Positions 8,637 through 15,687 of a DNA stretch of 32,075 bases are shown one piece after another. The DNA comes from Pseudomonadota bacterium (GTDB lineage Bacteria > Pseudomonadota > Alphaproteobacteria > UBA9219 > RGZA01). The DNA is taken from the NCBI GenBank assembly GCA_016195205.1, contig JACQAB010000066.1, positions 1 through 32,075 of the forward strand, read 5' to 3'. How positions within the stretch are numbered: position 1 is the first letter of the stretch; every line of letters begins with the position of its first letter. Position numbers and translations under genes: made by a program. The notes beneath the pieces are model-generated. The model did no database searches and had not been told where the DNA came from. It saw only the letters and a program-made list of their open reading frames with translations.

Positions 8637-9199
8637 TGAATACGGAAAAGAACCCTTTAAATCCTGAAACCGGGAATGAACGGCTGGAAATCCTCATGTC
8701 TCTTGCTCTTGCGGGAGACAGAAAGGCCTATGAGCGGGTTTTGCGCCTTGTTAGCCAGCGGTTAACCGTTTTTCTTGGCCGGAAGCTCCCCGCCAAAGAC
8801 CGCGACGATGTGATGCAGGAGATTTTGCTTTCCATTCATAAGGCCCGCCATACCTACGATCCGGCCAGGCCGCTGATGCCCTGGGTTATGGCCATTGCCC
8901 GCTACCGGATGCATGACCATTGGCGGCGGCATTACGGCCATTCTTTCGATGAAATGGCCGATATTGAGGATTTAAAAAATATTTTGAGCACGGACATAAC
9001 CGAAACCCTTCATGGTAACGAAGATATAAGAAGGATACTTGTGACCTTGCCGGAGCGGCAGCAGGTAATCCTTGAATTGATGTACCGGCAGGACAAAAGC
9101 GTGCGGGAGGTTGCCAAACAGTTAAAAATGAGCGTTTCGGCGGTGAAAGTCGCGGCGCACCGGAGCTACAAGATTTTCCGCAAACATCTGAAAGCGTAG
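8636..9199 (+). CDS. ECF-type RNA polymerase sigma-70 factor (SigF/ECF16-like)
   Basis: 187 aa. Region 2 (DDVMQEILLSIHKARHTYDPARPLMPWVMAIARYRMHDHWRR) and region 4 HTH (LPERQQVILELMYRQDKSVREVAKQLKMSVSAVKVAAHRS). It is followed 5 nt later by a DUF1109-type anti-sigma. An alternative start exists at 8696. Confidence 0.85.
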   Translation: MNTEKNPLNPETGNERLEILMSLALAGDRKAYERVLRLVSQRLTVFLGRKLPAKDRDDVMQEILLSIHKARHTYDPARPLMPWVMAIARYRMHDHWRRHYGHSFDEMADIEDLKNILSTDITETLHGNEDIRRILVTLPERQQVILELMYRQDKSVREVAKQLKMSVSAVKVAAHRSYKIFRKHLKA

Positions 9200-9204
9200 A
9201 AGAA

Positions 9205-9843
9205 ATGTCGAAAACCGATGAAACCATAGGCAGTATTTTAGCTACGGCTACGCCGGTTAAAACAGCGCAGCCCATGCGCCTTTTGCTGGGCTGGCTTGCC
9301 GTGACGGTGGTGGGAACGTTTTTGATGGTGCTGTTCATGGCTCCCCGTGATGATCTTGCCCTGCAACTGGCCTCGCCATTGTTCCTTGCGGAAACAATTC
9401 TCTTGATAGCCCTGATTGTCACTTCGGCATTTGTCGCAGTCTGCCTCTGCTTTCCCGATATGTGTCAAAGGCATTGGATGCTTTATGCGCCGCTCCTGCC
9501 GCTGGCGGCTTATTCTGCGCTGCTCGGCTACCAACTCGTGCATCCGGAAATGGTGGCGCTGCCTGCCGTTAAGATGGGCGGCGTTGATTGCGCCTTATGC
9601 ATCAGCATGTTTGCCGTTATTCCGGGGTTCTGGATGTTTCATATCTTGCACCGCCATGCCACCACCCACCCGATCCTTGCCGGGGCCGTATCCCTGCTAA
9701 CAGCGTCGAGCATCGGGCACCTGGTGCTTAAATTCGTGGAAAAAAACGATGCTATCTCGCATCTGGCCTTATGGCATTTCCTGCCGATCTTGCTGCTGGC
9801 GGCTGTTGGCGCCTTTTTGGGCAGGAAATTTTTATCTTGGTAG
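9205..9843 (+). CDS. DUF1109 / NrsF-like membrane anti-sigma factor
   Basis: 212 aa with about six predicted TM segments and several Cys residues, sitting directly downstream of the ECF sigma. This is the standard partner arrangement of the SigF-NrsF type. Confidence 0.7.
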   Translation: MSKTDETIGSILATATPVKTAQPMRLLLGWLAVTVVGTFLMVLFMAPRDDLALQLASPLFLAETILLIALIVTSAFVAVCLCFPDMCQRHWMLYAPLLPLAAYSALLGYQLVHPEMVALPAVKMGGVDCALCISMFAVIPGFWMFHILHRHATTHPILAGAVSLLTASSIGHLVLKFVEKNDAISHLALWHFLPILLLAAVGAFLGRKFLSW

Positions 9844-9845
9844 CG

Positions 9846-9872
9846 TGTAACCGCTTTCTCTCAGGGCACGAA
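9846..9872 (+). promoter_or_regulatory. ECF promoter motif TGTAACC-N16-CGAA upstream of the precursor peptide gene
   Basis: cgTGTAACCgctttctctcagggcaCGAAtag with an exact 16-nt spacer. It lies about 60 nt upstream of the ATG at 9932. Confidence 0.65.
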
Positions 9873-9931
9873 TAGAAAATTATGCAGGCACTCTTCGCTT
9901 GCCGTTAACAACCATCCTCAAGGAGAAAATC

Positions 9932-10204
9932 ATGAATAAGACCGTTCTATGCGCCGCTTTGGCGGGGGTTTTGGCCGCTGGTATGGCCGGAAGCGCTTAT
10001 GCCGCCGACATGCCCAACAAGGAAAAATGTTACGGCATCGCCAAGGCAGGAAAAAATGACTGCAAATCCATGAGCGGCTCGCACTCCTGTGCCGGTCATT
10101 CCACGAAGAACTATGATCCGGGCGATTTCAAGGTGGTCAACAAAGGCCAGTGCGAAAAGCTGGGCGGCTCTCTGGCAGCCCCCGAAGCAGCTCCGGCTGA
10201 GTAA
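9932..10204 (+). CDS. DUF2282-type secreted 4-Cys precursor peptide (bufferin/GigA-like)
   Basis: 90 aa with SD AAGGAGA 5 nt upstream of the ATG at 9932 (the ORF track extends to a TTG at 9899). Signal peptide MNKTVLCAALAGVLAAGMAGSAYA, then EKCYGIAKAGKNDCKSMSGSHSCAGHS...NKGQCEKLGG, which matches the DUF2282 signature as I remember it. Confidence 0.85.
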   Translation: MNKTVLCAALAGVLAAGMAGSAYAADMPNKEKCYGIAKAGKNDCKSMSGSHSCAGHSTKNYDPGDFKVVNKGQCEKLGGSLAAPEAAPAE

Positions 10205-10217
10205 GGCTTTTGGAAGG

Positions 10218-10240
10218 GCATGGCCTGAACAGGGCCATGT
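10218..10240 (+). terminator. Hairpin between the precursor and MNIO genes (possible partial terminator or attenuator)
   Basis: GCATGGCC tgaacag GGCCATGt followed by ctttccggcttt. An 8-bp stem including one G-U pair; the U-tract is poor. Confidence 0.3.
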
Positions 10241-10255
10241 CTTTCCGGCTTTATC

Positions 10256-11122
10256 ATGAATCATTCTGCTTATCCTTATCTTGGCTTCGGGCTTGGCCTT
10301 CGCGCCCCGCATTATGAACAGGTTTTGCGCGAACAGCCTGATGTGGACTGGTTCGAGATCATCTCGGAAAATTTCATCGATGCCCATCAAGGCTATTGGG
10401 ATTATCTTGCCGATCTGCGCTGTGATTACCCGCTGGTGATGCATGGTGTTTCACTGTCCATCGGCAGCCCCGATCCATTGAACCAGGAATATCTGCGCAA
10501 ACTAAAAAAACTGGCGGATTTTATAAAACCGGCATGGCTTTCCGATCATCTTTGCTTCACCGGGCTGGGCGGCCATAACACCCACGATCTGTTGCCTTTG
10601 CCCTATACGCAGGAAGCCCTGCGCCATGTCATTGCGCGTGTGGACGAGGCGCAGGAGCGCCTTGGGCGCGTCATCGTACTTGAAAATCCCTCGACCTATT
10701 TTGAATACCGGCAATCCGAACTGGCGGAGTGGGATTTTTTGCGCGAGTTGGCGAAAGCCACCGGCTGCGGGATTTTGCTGGATGTGAACAATGTTTACGT
10801 CAGCGCCTTCAATCACGGTTTTGATCCGAAAACCTATATCGACGCCATTCCCGCCGAAGCCATCGCCCAAATCCATCTGGCCGGACACAAGAATAAGGGA
10901 ACGCATATCGTCGACACGCATGACGCGCCCGTGATTGAGGATGTATGGGGTTTATACGCCACCACCATCGCGCAAAAAGGCAGTATCAGCACGCTGATCG
11001 AGTGGGATGAAAATATCCCGCCGTTGGCAACCCTGCTTGCTGAAATGGAGAAGGCCCGCGCATTTATTCAAAACAAAACTCCCTCCAAACGCGCCCGTCA
11101 TGACTTACACGAATATGCTTGA
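10256..11122 (+). CDS. DUF692 family MNIO enzyme (MbnB/BufB-like)
   Basis: 288 aa. LGFGLGLRAPHYEQVL...VDWFEIISENF...LVMHGVSLSIGS...PAWLSDHLCFTG...VLENPSTY...LLDVNNVYVSAFNHGFD...IAQIHLAGH is the characteristic DUF692 TIM-barrel pattern. Confidence 0.9.
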   Translation: MNHSAYPYLGFGLGLRAPHYEQVLREQPDVDWFEIISENFIDAHQGYWDYLADLRCDYPLVMHGVSLSIGSPDPLNQEYLRKLKKLADFIKPAWLSDHLCFTGLGGHNTHDLLPLPYTQEALRHVIARVDEAQERLGRVIVLENPSTYFEYRQSELAEWDFLRELAKATGCGILLDVNNVYVSAFNHGFDPKTYIDAIPAEAIAQIHLAGHKNKGTHIVDTHDAPVIEDVWGLYATTIAQKGSISTLIEWDENIPPLATLLAEMEKARAFIQNKTPSKRARHDLHEYA

Positions 11123-11885
11123 GAAAGTGCAGGATTCCATCATCAGCGGCGATGCCGGGGTTGCGGCCCCGTTGGTGCGGCCAAACCCACGGCTTTCAGC
11201 CTCCGCGTTGCTTGGTATTTATATCGAAGGCTACCGGATAAGGCTTTCGCAGGCGGTGCGCTCCGATTATCCCTGTCTTGCCCATTATCTGGGTGAAGAG
11301 CGGATGAATGGGCTGGTTGCCGCCTATGTGAAAAAAACGCCTTCGTGTTCCTATAATCTCGATCACTACCCCTTCGCCTTCCGCCGTTTTGTCGCACAAG
11401 CTTGTGAGGATGAAGCCGCCCATGCGCTGGCGGAACTGGAAGGCGTGATGGCAGAAGTCTTTATGCTGCCGGAAAGCGCGCCGATGGATTTTGAAAGCTT
11501 TGGCAGCCTCGATGCCGAAAGCCTTGGCCGTATGAGCTTTGCATTACGTTCTGCCGGGATGCTCATCCGGCTTGCCTATGACGCGGAAGCTTATTTACAG
11601 GCCTACAAAAAGGGCGAAGCAGAAAAAGATATTCAGAAACGCCCGGCCCATCTCTACCTTTACCGGCACGATAACGAAGTGAAGCGGCAGCAACTTGAGA
11701 TAGCCGAATATCAGGTGTTAAGCGCCCTTGGCCACGGAGAAAGTTTCAGCGCCGCTATTGAAACGGCGCTGGCTTCGCACATTTACGCTGCCGCTGCCTT
11801 GGCAGAAAAAATCCGGTCGTGGCTGCCGAAATGGATCGGGCAGGGCTTCTTCGCCCATACGGAAAGGGTGAAAAAATCGGTGTAA
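11100..11885 (+). CDS. DUF2063 domain protein (MNIO partner, BufC-like)
   Basis: Follows and overlaps the DUF692 gene. N-terminal pattern LLGIYIEGYRIRLSQAVRSDYPCLAHYLGEERMNGLVAAYVKKTP fits DUF2063. The start is ambiguous (11100 or 11115); the track start at 11007 would overlap by 116 nt. Confidence 0.75.
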   Translation: MTYTNMLEKVQDSIISGDAGVAAPLVRPNPRLSASALLGIYIEGYRIRLSQAVRSDYPCLAHYLGEERMNGLVAAYVKKTPSCSYNLDHYPFAFRRFVAQACEDEAAHALAELEGVMAEVFMLPESAPMDFESFGSLDAESLGRMSFALRSAGMLIRLAYDAEAYLQAYKKGEAEKDIQKRPAHLYLYRHDNEVKRQQLEIAEYQVLSALGHGESFSAAIETALASHIYAAAALAEKIRSWLPKWIGQGFFAHTERVKKSV

Positions 11886-11907
11886 CCAAGCGGGCCGTGC
11901 CGCCGAA
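11881..11907 (+). promoter_or_regulatory. ECF promoter motif TGTAACC-N16-CGAA upstream of the small Cys ORF and mer-like genes
   Basis: gTGTAACCaagcgggccgtgccgcCGAAtaa with an exact 16-nt spacer. It overlaps the TAA stop of the DUF2063 gene. Confidence 0.6.
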
Positions 11908-11969
11908 TAACAATGAAAGGCCATGCGATATGGCTTGAGAAAACCATACCAATCCAAGGGAGAAAGTTC

Positions 11970-12098
11970 ATGTCCATGATGTGCAAATCCGGCGCGTGCC
12001 GAGCCAAGAGTGGCCCCTGCATCCATGAAAAACTGATGCTGGCGATGATGGTTATAGCCATCCCGCTTTTAGGACATTTCGCGTTTCACTGGTTTTAA
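11970..12098 (+). CDS. 42-aa Cys-rich membrane-anchored peptide (hypothetical)
   Basis: SD AAGGGAGA upstream of the ATG at 11970. MSMMCKSGACRAKSGPCIHEKLMLAMMVIAIPLLGHFAFHWF has three N-terminal Cys plus one TM helix. The track ORF begins earlier at 11913 without an SD. Confidence 0.45.
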   Translation: MSMMCKSGACRAKSGPCIHEKLMLAMMVIAIPLLGHFAFHWF

Positions 12099-12110
12099 CA
12101 AAAATCCATC

Positions 12111-12461
12111 ATGACGCCGCAACTGGGTTGGAAGGAATCGCTTTTTGGAAGCGTATTGGCAGCCATAGGAGCTTCTCTATGCTGTGTCGCTCCTTTGGCG
12201 CTTCTGGCCGTGGGTATTAGCGGGGCCTGGATTGGTTCCCTGACGGCGTTTGAGCCTTACCGCCCCGTTTTCGTGGGCCTGACGCTGCTGTTTCTTGGTG
12301 TGGCTTTTCACAAGCTATATTTTGCGCCCAAAACTTGCGTTCCCGGTAGCCCTTGCGCCGACCCCCGCACCGCCAAGCGTCAGCGCCTGGTATTCTGGAT
12401 TGTAGCGCCGCTTTTGCTTGGTCTGCTCGCCGCGCCCTGGCTTGCCCCGTTATTTTATTGA
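12111..12461 (+). CDS. merT: MerT-like metal (mercuric ion) transport membrane protein
   Basis: 116 aa. A CC pair in the first TM (AAIGASLCCVAPLALLAVGISGAWIGSLTAFEPYRPVF) and a second Cys pair (KTCVPGSPC) line up closely with canonical MerT as I remember it. Confidence 0.85.
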   Translation: MTPQLGWKESLFGSVLAAIGASLCCVAPLALLAVGISGAWIGSLTAFEPYRPVFVGLTLLFLGVAFHKLYFAPKTCVPGSPCADPRTAKRQRLVFWIVAPLLLGLLAAPWLAPLFY

Positions 12462-12474
12462 AAGGAGAGACACC

Positions 12475-12753
12475 ATGCGCCGATTGTTGCTAACCATCAT
12501 GTTCGTTCTGCTATCTTTCGCCGCCAGCGCGGCGGTTCCGCAAACGCTTACCCTCGATGTGCAAAAAATGACTTGCCCTGTTTGTCCATTCACGGTTAGC
12601 GCAGCCCTTGAGAAAGTGCCCGGTGTAACGAAAGCAAATGTTGATTTTTGGGATAAAACCGCGACGGTGACTTTCGATCCTGATAAAACCAACGCCGAGG
12701 CCCTTATCAAGGCCACCACGGAGGCGGGGTATCCATCCTCGGTGAAGCCATAG
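12475..12753 (+). CDS. merP: MerP-like periplasmic heavy-metal-binding (HMA) protein
   Basis: SD AAAGGAGAG upstream of the ATG at 12475, signal peptide, MTCPVCPFTV metal-binding motif, and a C-terminal ATTEAGYPSSVKP nearly identical to the canonical MerP end. Confidence 0.85.
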   Translation: MRRLLLTIMFVLLSFAASAAVPQTLTLDVQKMTCPVCPFTVSAALEKVPGVTKANVDFWDKTATVTFDPDKTNAEALIKATTEAGYPSSVKP

Positions 12754-12771
12754 GAATTGTTCACAGAAAAA

Positions 12772-12999
12772 ATGTCTGTAAAATCCCAATCCACCATCAC
12801 CTGCCCGCATTGCGGCTACCAGAAAACGGAGATCATGCCGGTGGATAGCTGCCAGTTTTTCTATGATTGTCAGGGCTGTCAGGCCGTGCTGCGTCCCAAA
12901 CAGGGAGATTGCTGCGTGTTCTGCTCTTACGGTTCTGTGCCCTGCCCGCCGGTGCAGCAAGCCCGTGCTTTGGAAAGTAATGAGCGGGGCAAGCTATGA
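12772..12999 (+). CDS. GDCCVxC domain protein (small Cys-rich, mer-associated family)
   Basis: CPHCGY...[34 protein letters not shown] contains the GDCCVxC signature. The start is either ATG 12772 or TTG 12757. The stop overlaps the next start (ATGA at 12996-12999). Confidence 0.75.
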   Translation: MSVKSQSTITCPHCGYQKTEIMPVDSCQFFYDCQGCQAVLRPKQGDCCVFCSYGSVPCPPVQQARALESNERGKL

Positions 13000-15344
13000 G
13001 AAGGACCGGTTTTTTTATAGTATGGGCGTCGATCGTGATCTCTATGGCGGCCCATGCAATGGAACCGGAAAAACAAAAACCTAATCGCCTGATTAACGAA
13101 ACCAGCCCTTATCTGCTGCAACACGCCTATAATCCGGTGGAGTGGTATCCGTGGGGCGAAGAAGCTTTTGCCAAGGCGCGCAAGGAAAACAAGCCTATCT
13201 TGCTCAGCATCGGCTATTCCACCTGCTACTGGTGCCATGTGATGGAGCGCGAGACATTCGAGAACGAGGCCATCGCCAAGCTGATGAATGATTCCATCAT
13301 CAGCATCAAGATCGACCGCGAACAGCGCCCGGATGTGGATGAAATCTATATGACCGCCACCCAACTGATGACGCAAAGCGGCGGCTGGCCAAACAATGTG
13401 TTCGTCACGCCCGATCTCAAGCCATTCTTCGCCGGAACTTATTTTTCGCCCGAAGATACGTCTTATCGTCCTGGCTTTGCGACGCTCATCAAGCACATCC
13501 ACGAGGAATGGACAAAAAACCCGGAAGCAATCAAGGAACAGGCGGAGCGTGTGCGCGCCGCGATTGTTTCCTTCAAGCAGGGGGAAAGCCATCAGGTTGC
13601 CACGGCCTTACCGGATCAAAACACTGTCCAAACCCTGCTCGATCATTTTCGGAATAATTACGATAGCCATCTGGGCGGTTTTTATCAGGCCCCGAAATTT
13701 CCCAATGAAGATGCCCTGCTGTTCCTGCTGGCGGCTTACCGGATGAACAATGATGCCCGTGCCTTGGAGATGGCGCAGTTCACGCTCACTAAAATGGCCG
13801 AGGGCGGGATTTACGATCAGGTCGGCGGCGGGTTCCACCGCTATTCCACCGACGCCGAATGGCGCATCCCGCATTTTGAAAAGATGCTTTACAATCAGGC
13901 CCTGCTTGGCCGTGCCTATACGGAACTTTATTCTTTCTCGAACGCGCCTCTTGACCGCGGCATCGCGGCCAGCACCTTCGATTTCGTGTTGAGAGATATG
14001 ACCCATCCGGAGGGTGGCCTTTACTCGGCGCTGGATGCCGAAACGGATGGAGCGGAAGGCGCTTCTTACGCCTGGACGGAAGCGGAGTTGCAGAAAATCC
14101 TCGATCAAAAATCCTATGTCTGGCTGAGCCGGTATTACGGCTTGGCCGACATTCCCCACATACCGGGGCACAAGAACACCGACGGGAAAATCCTTTATCT
14201 GAAACAGCCGGTTGCCAAAATCGCGGCGGCGGAAAAAGTCTCATCCGAGCAAGTCCTTGCCCGGATGCAACCTATCATGGATACCCTGCGCAAGGCCCGC
14301 GATAAACGGCAACAGCCGCGTCTGGACGACAAGATCATCACCGCCTGGAATGGTTTGATGATCGACAGCCTGGCCCGCGCCGGGATGGAGTTAAAAGAGG
14401 AAAAATATACGGAAGCCGCAAAGAAAGCGGCGGATTTCGTGCTGGCCCATCTGCGCACCCCGGACGGGGAGTTGCTGCGCATGTGGCGCGGCGGCAAGGC
14501 CCAGACTCCTGCGTTCTTTGAAGATTACAGCTTCCTTATTCAAGGGCTGGTTTCTACTTATCACGCGACGAAAGACGGGCGCTATCTTGCCGAGGCGGAA
14601 AAACTTGCGCAAAAGGCCAAGGAAATATTCTGGGATAAGGAAGGCGGAGGGTACTTCTATACCGATGGGAATGAGGCGTTGCTGGTGCGCATGAAAAACG
14701 CCGAAGATTCGGCCATTCCTTCCGGCAATGCCATCATGGCACAGGTCCTTCTGGACTTATACGAACTTACGGGCAAGGCCGAATGGAAACAGCAGGCGGA
14801 AGATATGCTCAAGGCCTTCGGCATGGCGATAGAAGCCAATCCCCGAAGCTATACCCATTTGGTGCATGCCTTGCTGCGTCTGGATCACGCCGCGCCGGTA
14901 GCCGACACAACCAGCATGCAGAATGTTGCGGTCGCAGCCGATAAGGACGCCATGTCAACCATGACATGGGTGAAAGTCAGCGTTCCTGAAAACGCGGTCA
15001 AACGTAACACTGATCAGCTTCGCGTGACGGCGGAACTGGATGTTGCTCCCGGCTGGCATGTTAATGCCAATCCCGCCAGCCTGGATTTTCTGGTTTCCAC
15101 CTCGGCGGATTTACGCGAAGATTCAGGAGCGCTGGTCATAAAAGCTGTCCATTACCCCGAAGCCACGGCTATGACAACCCCGTTGGGTCATATTAAAATC
15201 TATGAAGGAAAGATTCTCATCTCCATAGAGGCGCGAGCGCCCAAGGACGCAAAAAATCTCCGCCTTCTTGTCCGGGCGCAAGCCTGCAAGGACACCACCT
15301 GCCTTGCTCCGTCGGACTGGGTGATTAAGTTGCCGGGATCATGA
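12996..15344 (+). CDS. Periplasmic thioredoxin-fold DUF255 (YyaL-like) protein with a C-terminal DsbD-N-like domain
   Basis: 782 aa with signal peptide [43 protein letters not shown] is the DUF255 CxxC thioredoxin motif. The C-terminus ([19 protein letters not shown]...[18 protein letters not shown]) resembles the DsbD N-terminal/ScsB-type Ig-fold domain. Confidence 0.85.
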   Translation: MRRTGFFIVWASIVISMAAHAMEPEKQKPNRLINETSPYLLQHAYNPVEWYPWGEEAFAKARKENKPILLSIGYSTCYWCHVMERETFENEAIAKLMNDSIISIKIDREQRPDVDEIYMTATQLMTQSGGWPNNVFVTPDLKPFFAGTYFSPEDTSYRPGFATLIKHIHEEWTKNPEAIKEQAERVRAAIVSFKQGESHQVATALPDQNTVQTLLDHFRNNYDSHLGGFYQAPKFPNEDALLFLLAAYRMNNDARALEMAQFTLTKMAEGGIYDQVGGGFHRYSTDAEWRIPHFEKMLYNQALLGRAYTELYSFSNAPLDRGIAASTFDFVLRDMTHPEGGLYSALDAETDGAEGASYAWTEAELQKILDQKSYVWLSRYYGLADIPHIPGHKNTDGKILYLKQPVAKIAAAEKVSSEQVLARMQPIMDTLRKARDKRQQPRLDDKIITAWNGLMIDSLARAGMELKEEKYTEAAKKAADFVLAHLRTPDGELLRMWRGGKAQTPAFFEDYSFLIQGLVSTYHATKDGRYLAEAEKLAQKAKEIFWDKEGGGYFYTDGNEALLVRMKNAEDSAIPSGNAIMAQVLLDLYELTGKAEWKQQAEDMLKAFGMAIEANPRSYTHLVHALLRLDHAAPVADTTSMQNVAVAADKDAMSTMTWVKVSVPENAVKRNTDQLRVTAELDVAPGWHVNANPASLDFLVSTSADLREDSGALVIKAVHYPEATAMTTPLGHIKIYEGKILISIEARAPKDAKNLRLLVRAQACKDTTCLAPSDWVIKLPGS

Positions 15345-15447
15345 AAAATTTTATTAAGCTCGACACAAAAAGTGTTGCCCCGGATGTTGCCCAGAGGAGG
15401 GGCTGATTTGCATCAACCCCTCAAAATCGGCGTAACCTATTGAAAAA

Positions 15448-15523
<76 letters not shown>

Positions 15524-15527
15524 GCTC

Positions 15528-15616
15528 GTCTTTAGCGACAGGTTTCTGCGGTTCCCGCAACCACCGGTCGCCTTCTTTAGCGATAGGCTCTGCGCTTACC
15601 GCGCAACCGCCGATCG
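15528..15616. repeat. Two tandem imperfect repeats of about 42 nt flanking the tRNA 5' side
   Basis: ctttagcgacaggtttctgcggttcccgcaaccaccggtcg and ctttagcgataggctctgcgcttaccgcgcaaccgccgatcg. The second unit resembles the reverse complement of the 39-nt element found in hemF and pheT. Confidence 0.5.
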
Positions 15617-15687
15617 TTTAAAGAAGCGCTGTTCTAGCGCCTTGCGCACGGGCTGTAAATGCTTTTAAACCGTGGTAAATTCCGGGC

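Noticed and set aside
9899-11969. The ORF-track start coordinates 9899 (precursor), 11007 (DUF2063 protein) and 11913 (small Cys ORF).
   Set aside because: 9899 is a TTG without an SD, whereas the ATG at 9932 has AAGGAGA 5 nt upstream. 11007 would overlap the DUF692 gene by 116 nt. 11913 lies only about 6 nt downstream of the promoter-like motif's CGAA and has no SD, whereas 11970 has AAGGGAGA.
12111-12999. Interpreting merT-merP-GDCCVxC as a functional mercury-resistance (mer) operon.
   Set aside because: There is no merA, merR, merD or merB anywhere in the window. The upstream signal is an ECF-type motif rather than a MerR operator. Uptake proteins alone do not confer resistance.
7968-15447. 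An active prophage, ICE or integrative mobilisable element.
   Set aside because: No integrase, excisionase, relaxase, replication or phage structural genes lie between the repeats. Only the att-like footprint supports mobility, so I call it a remnant island with moderate confidence.
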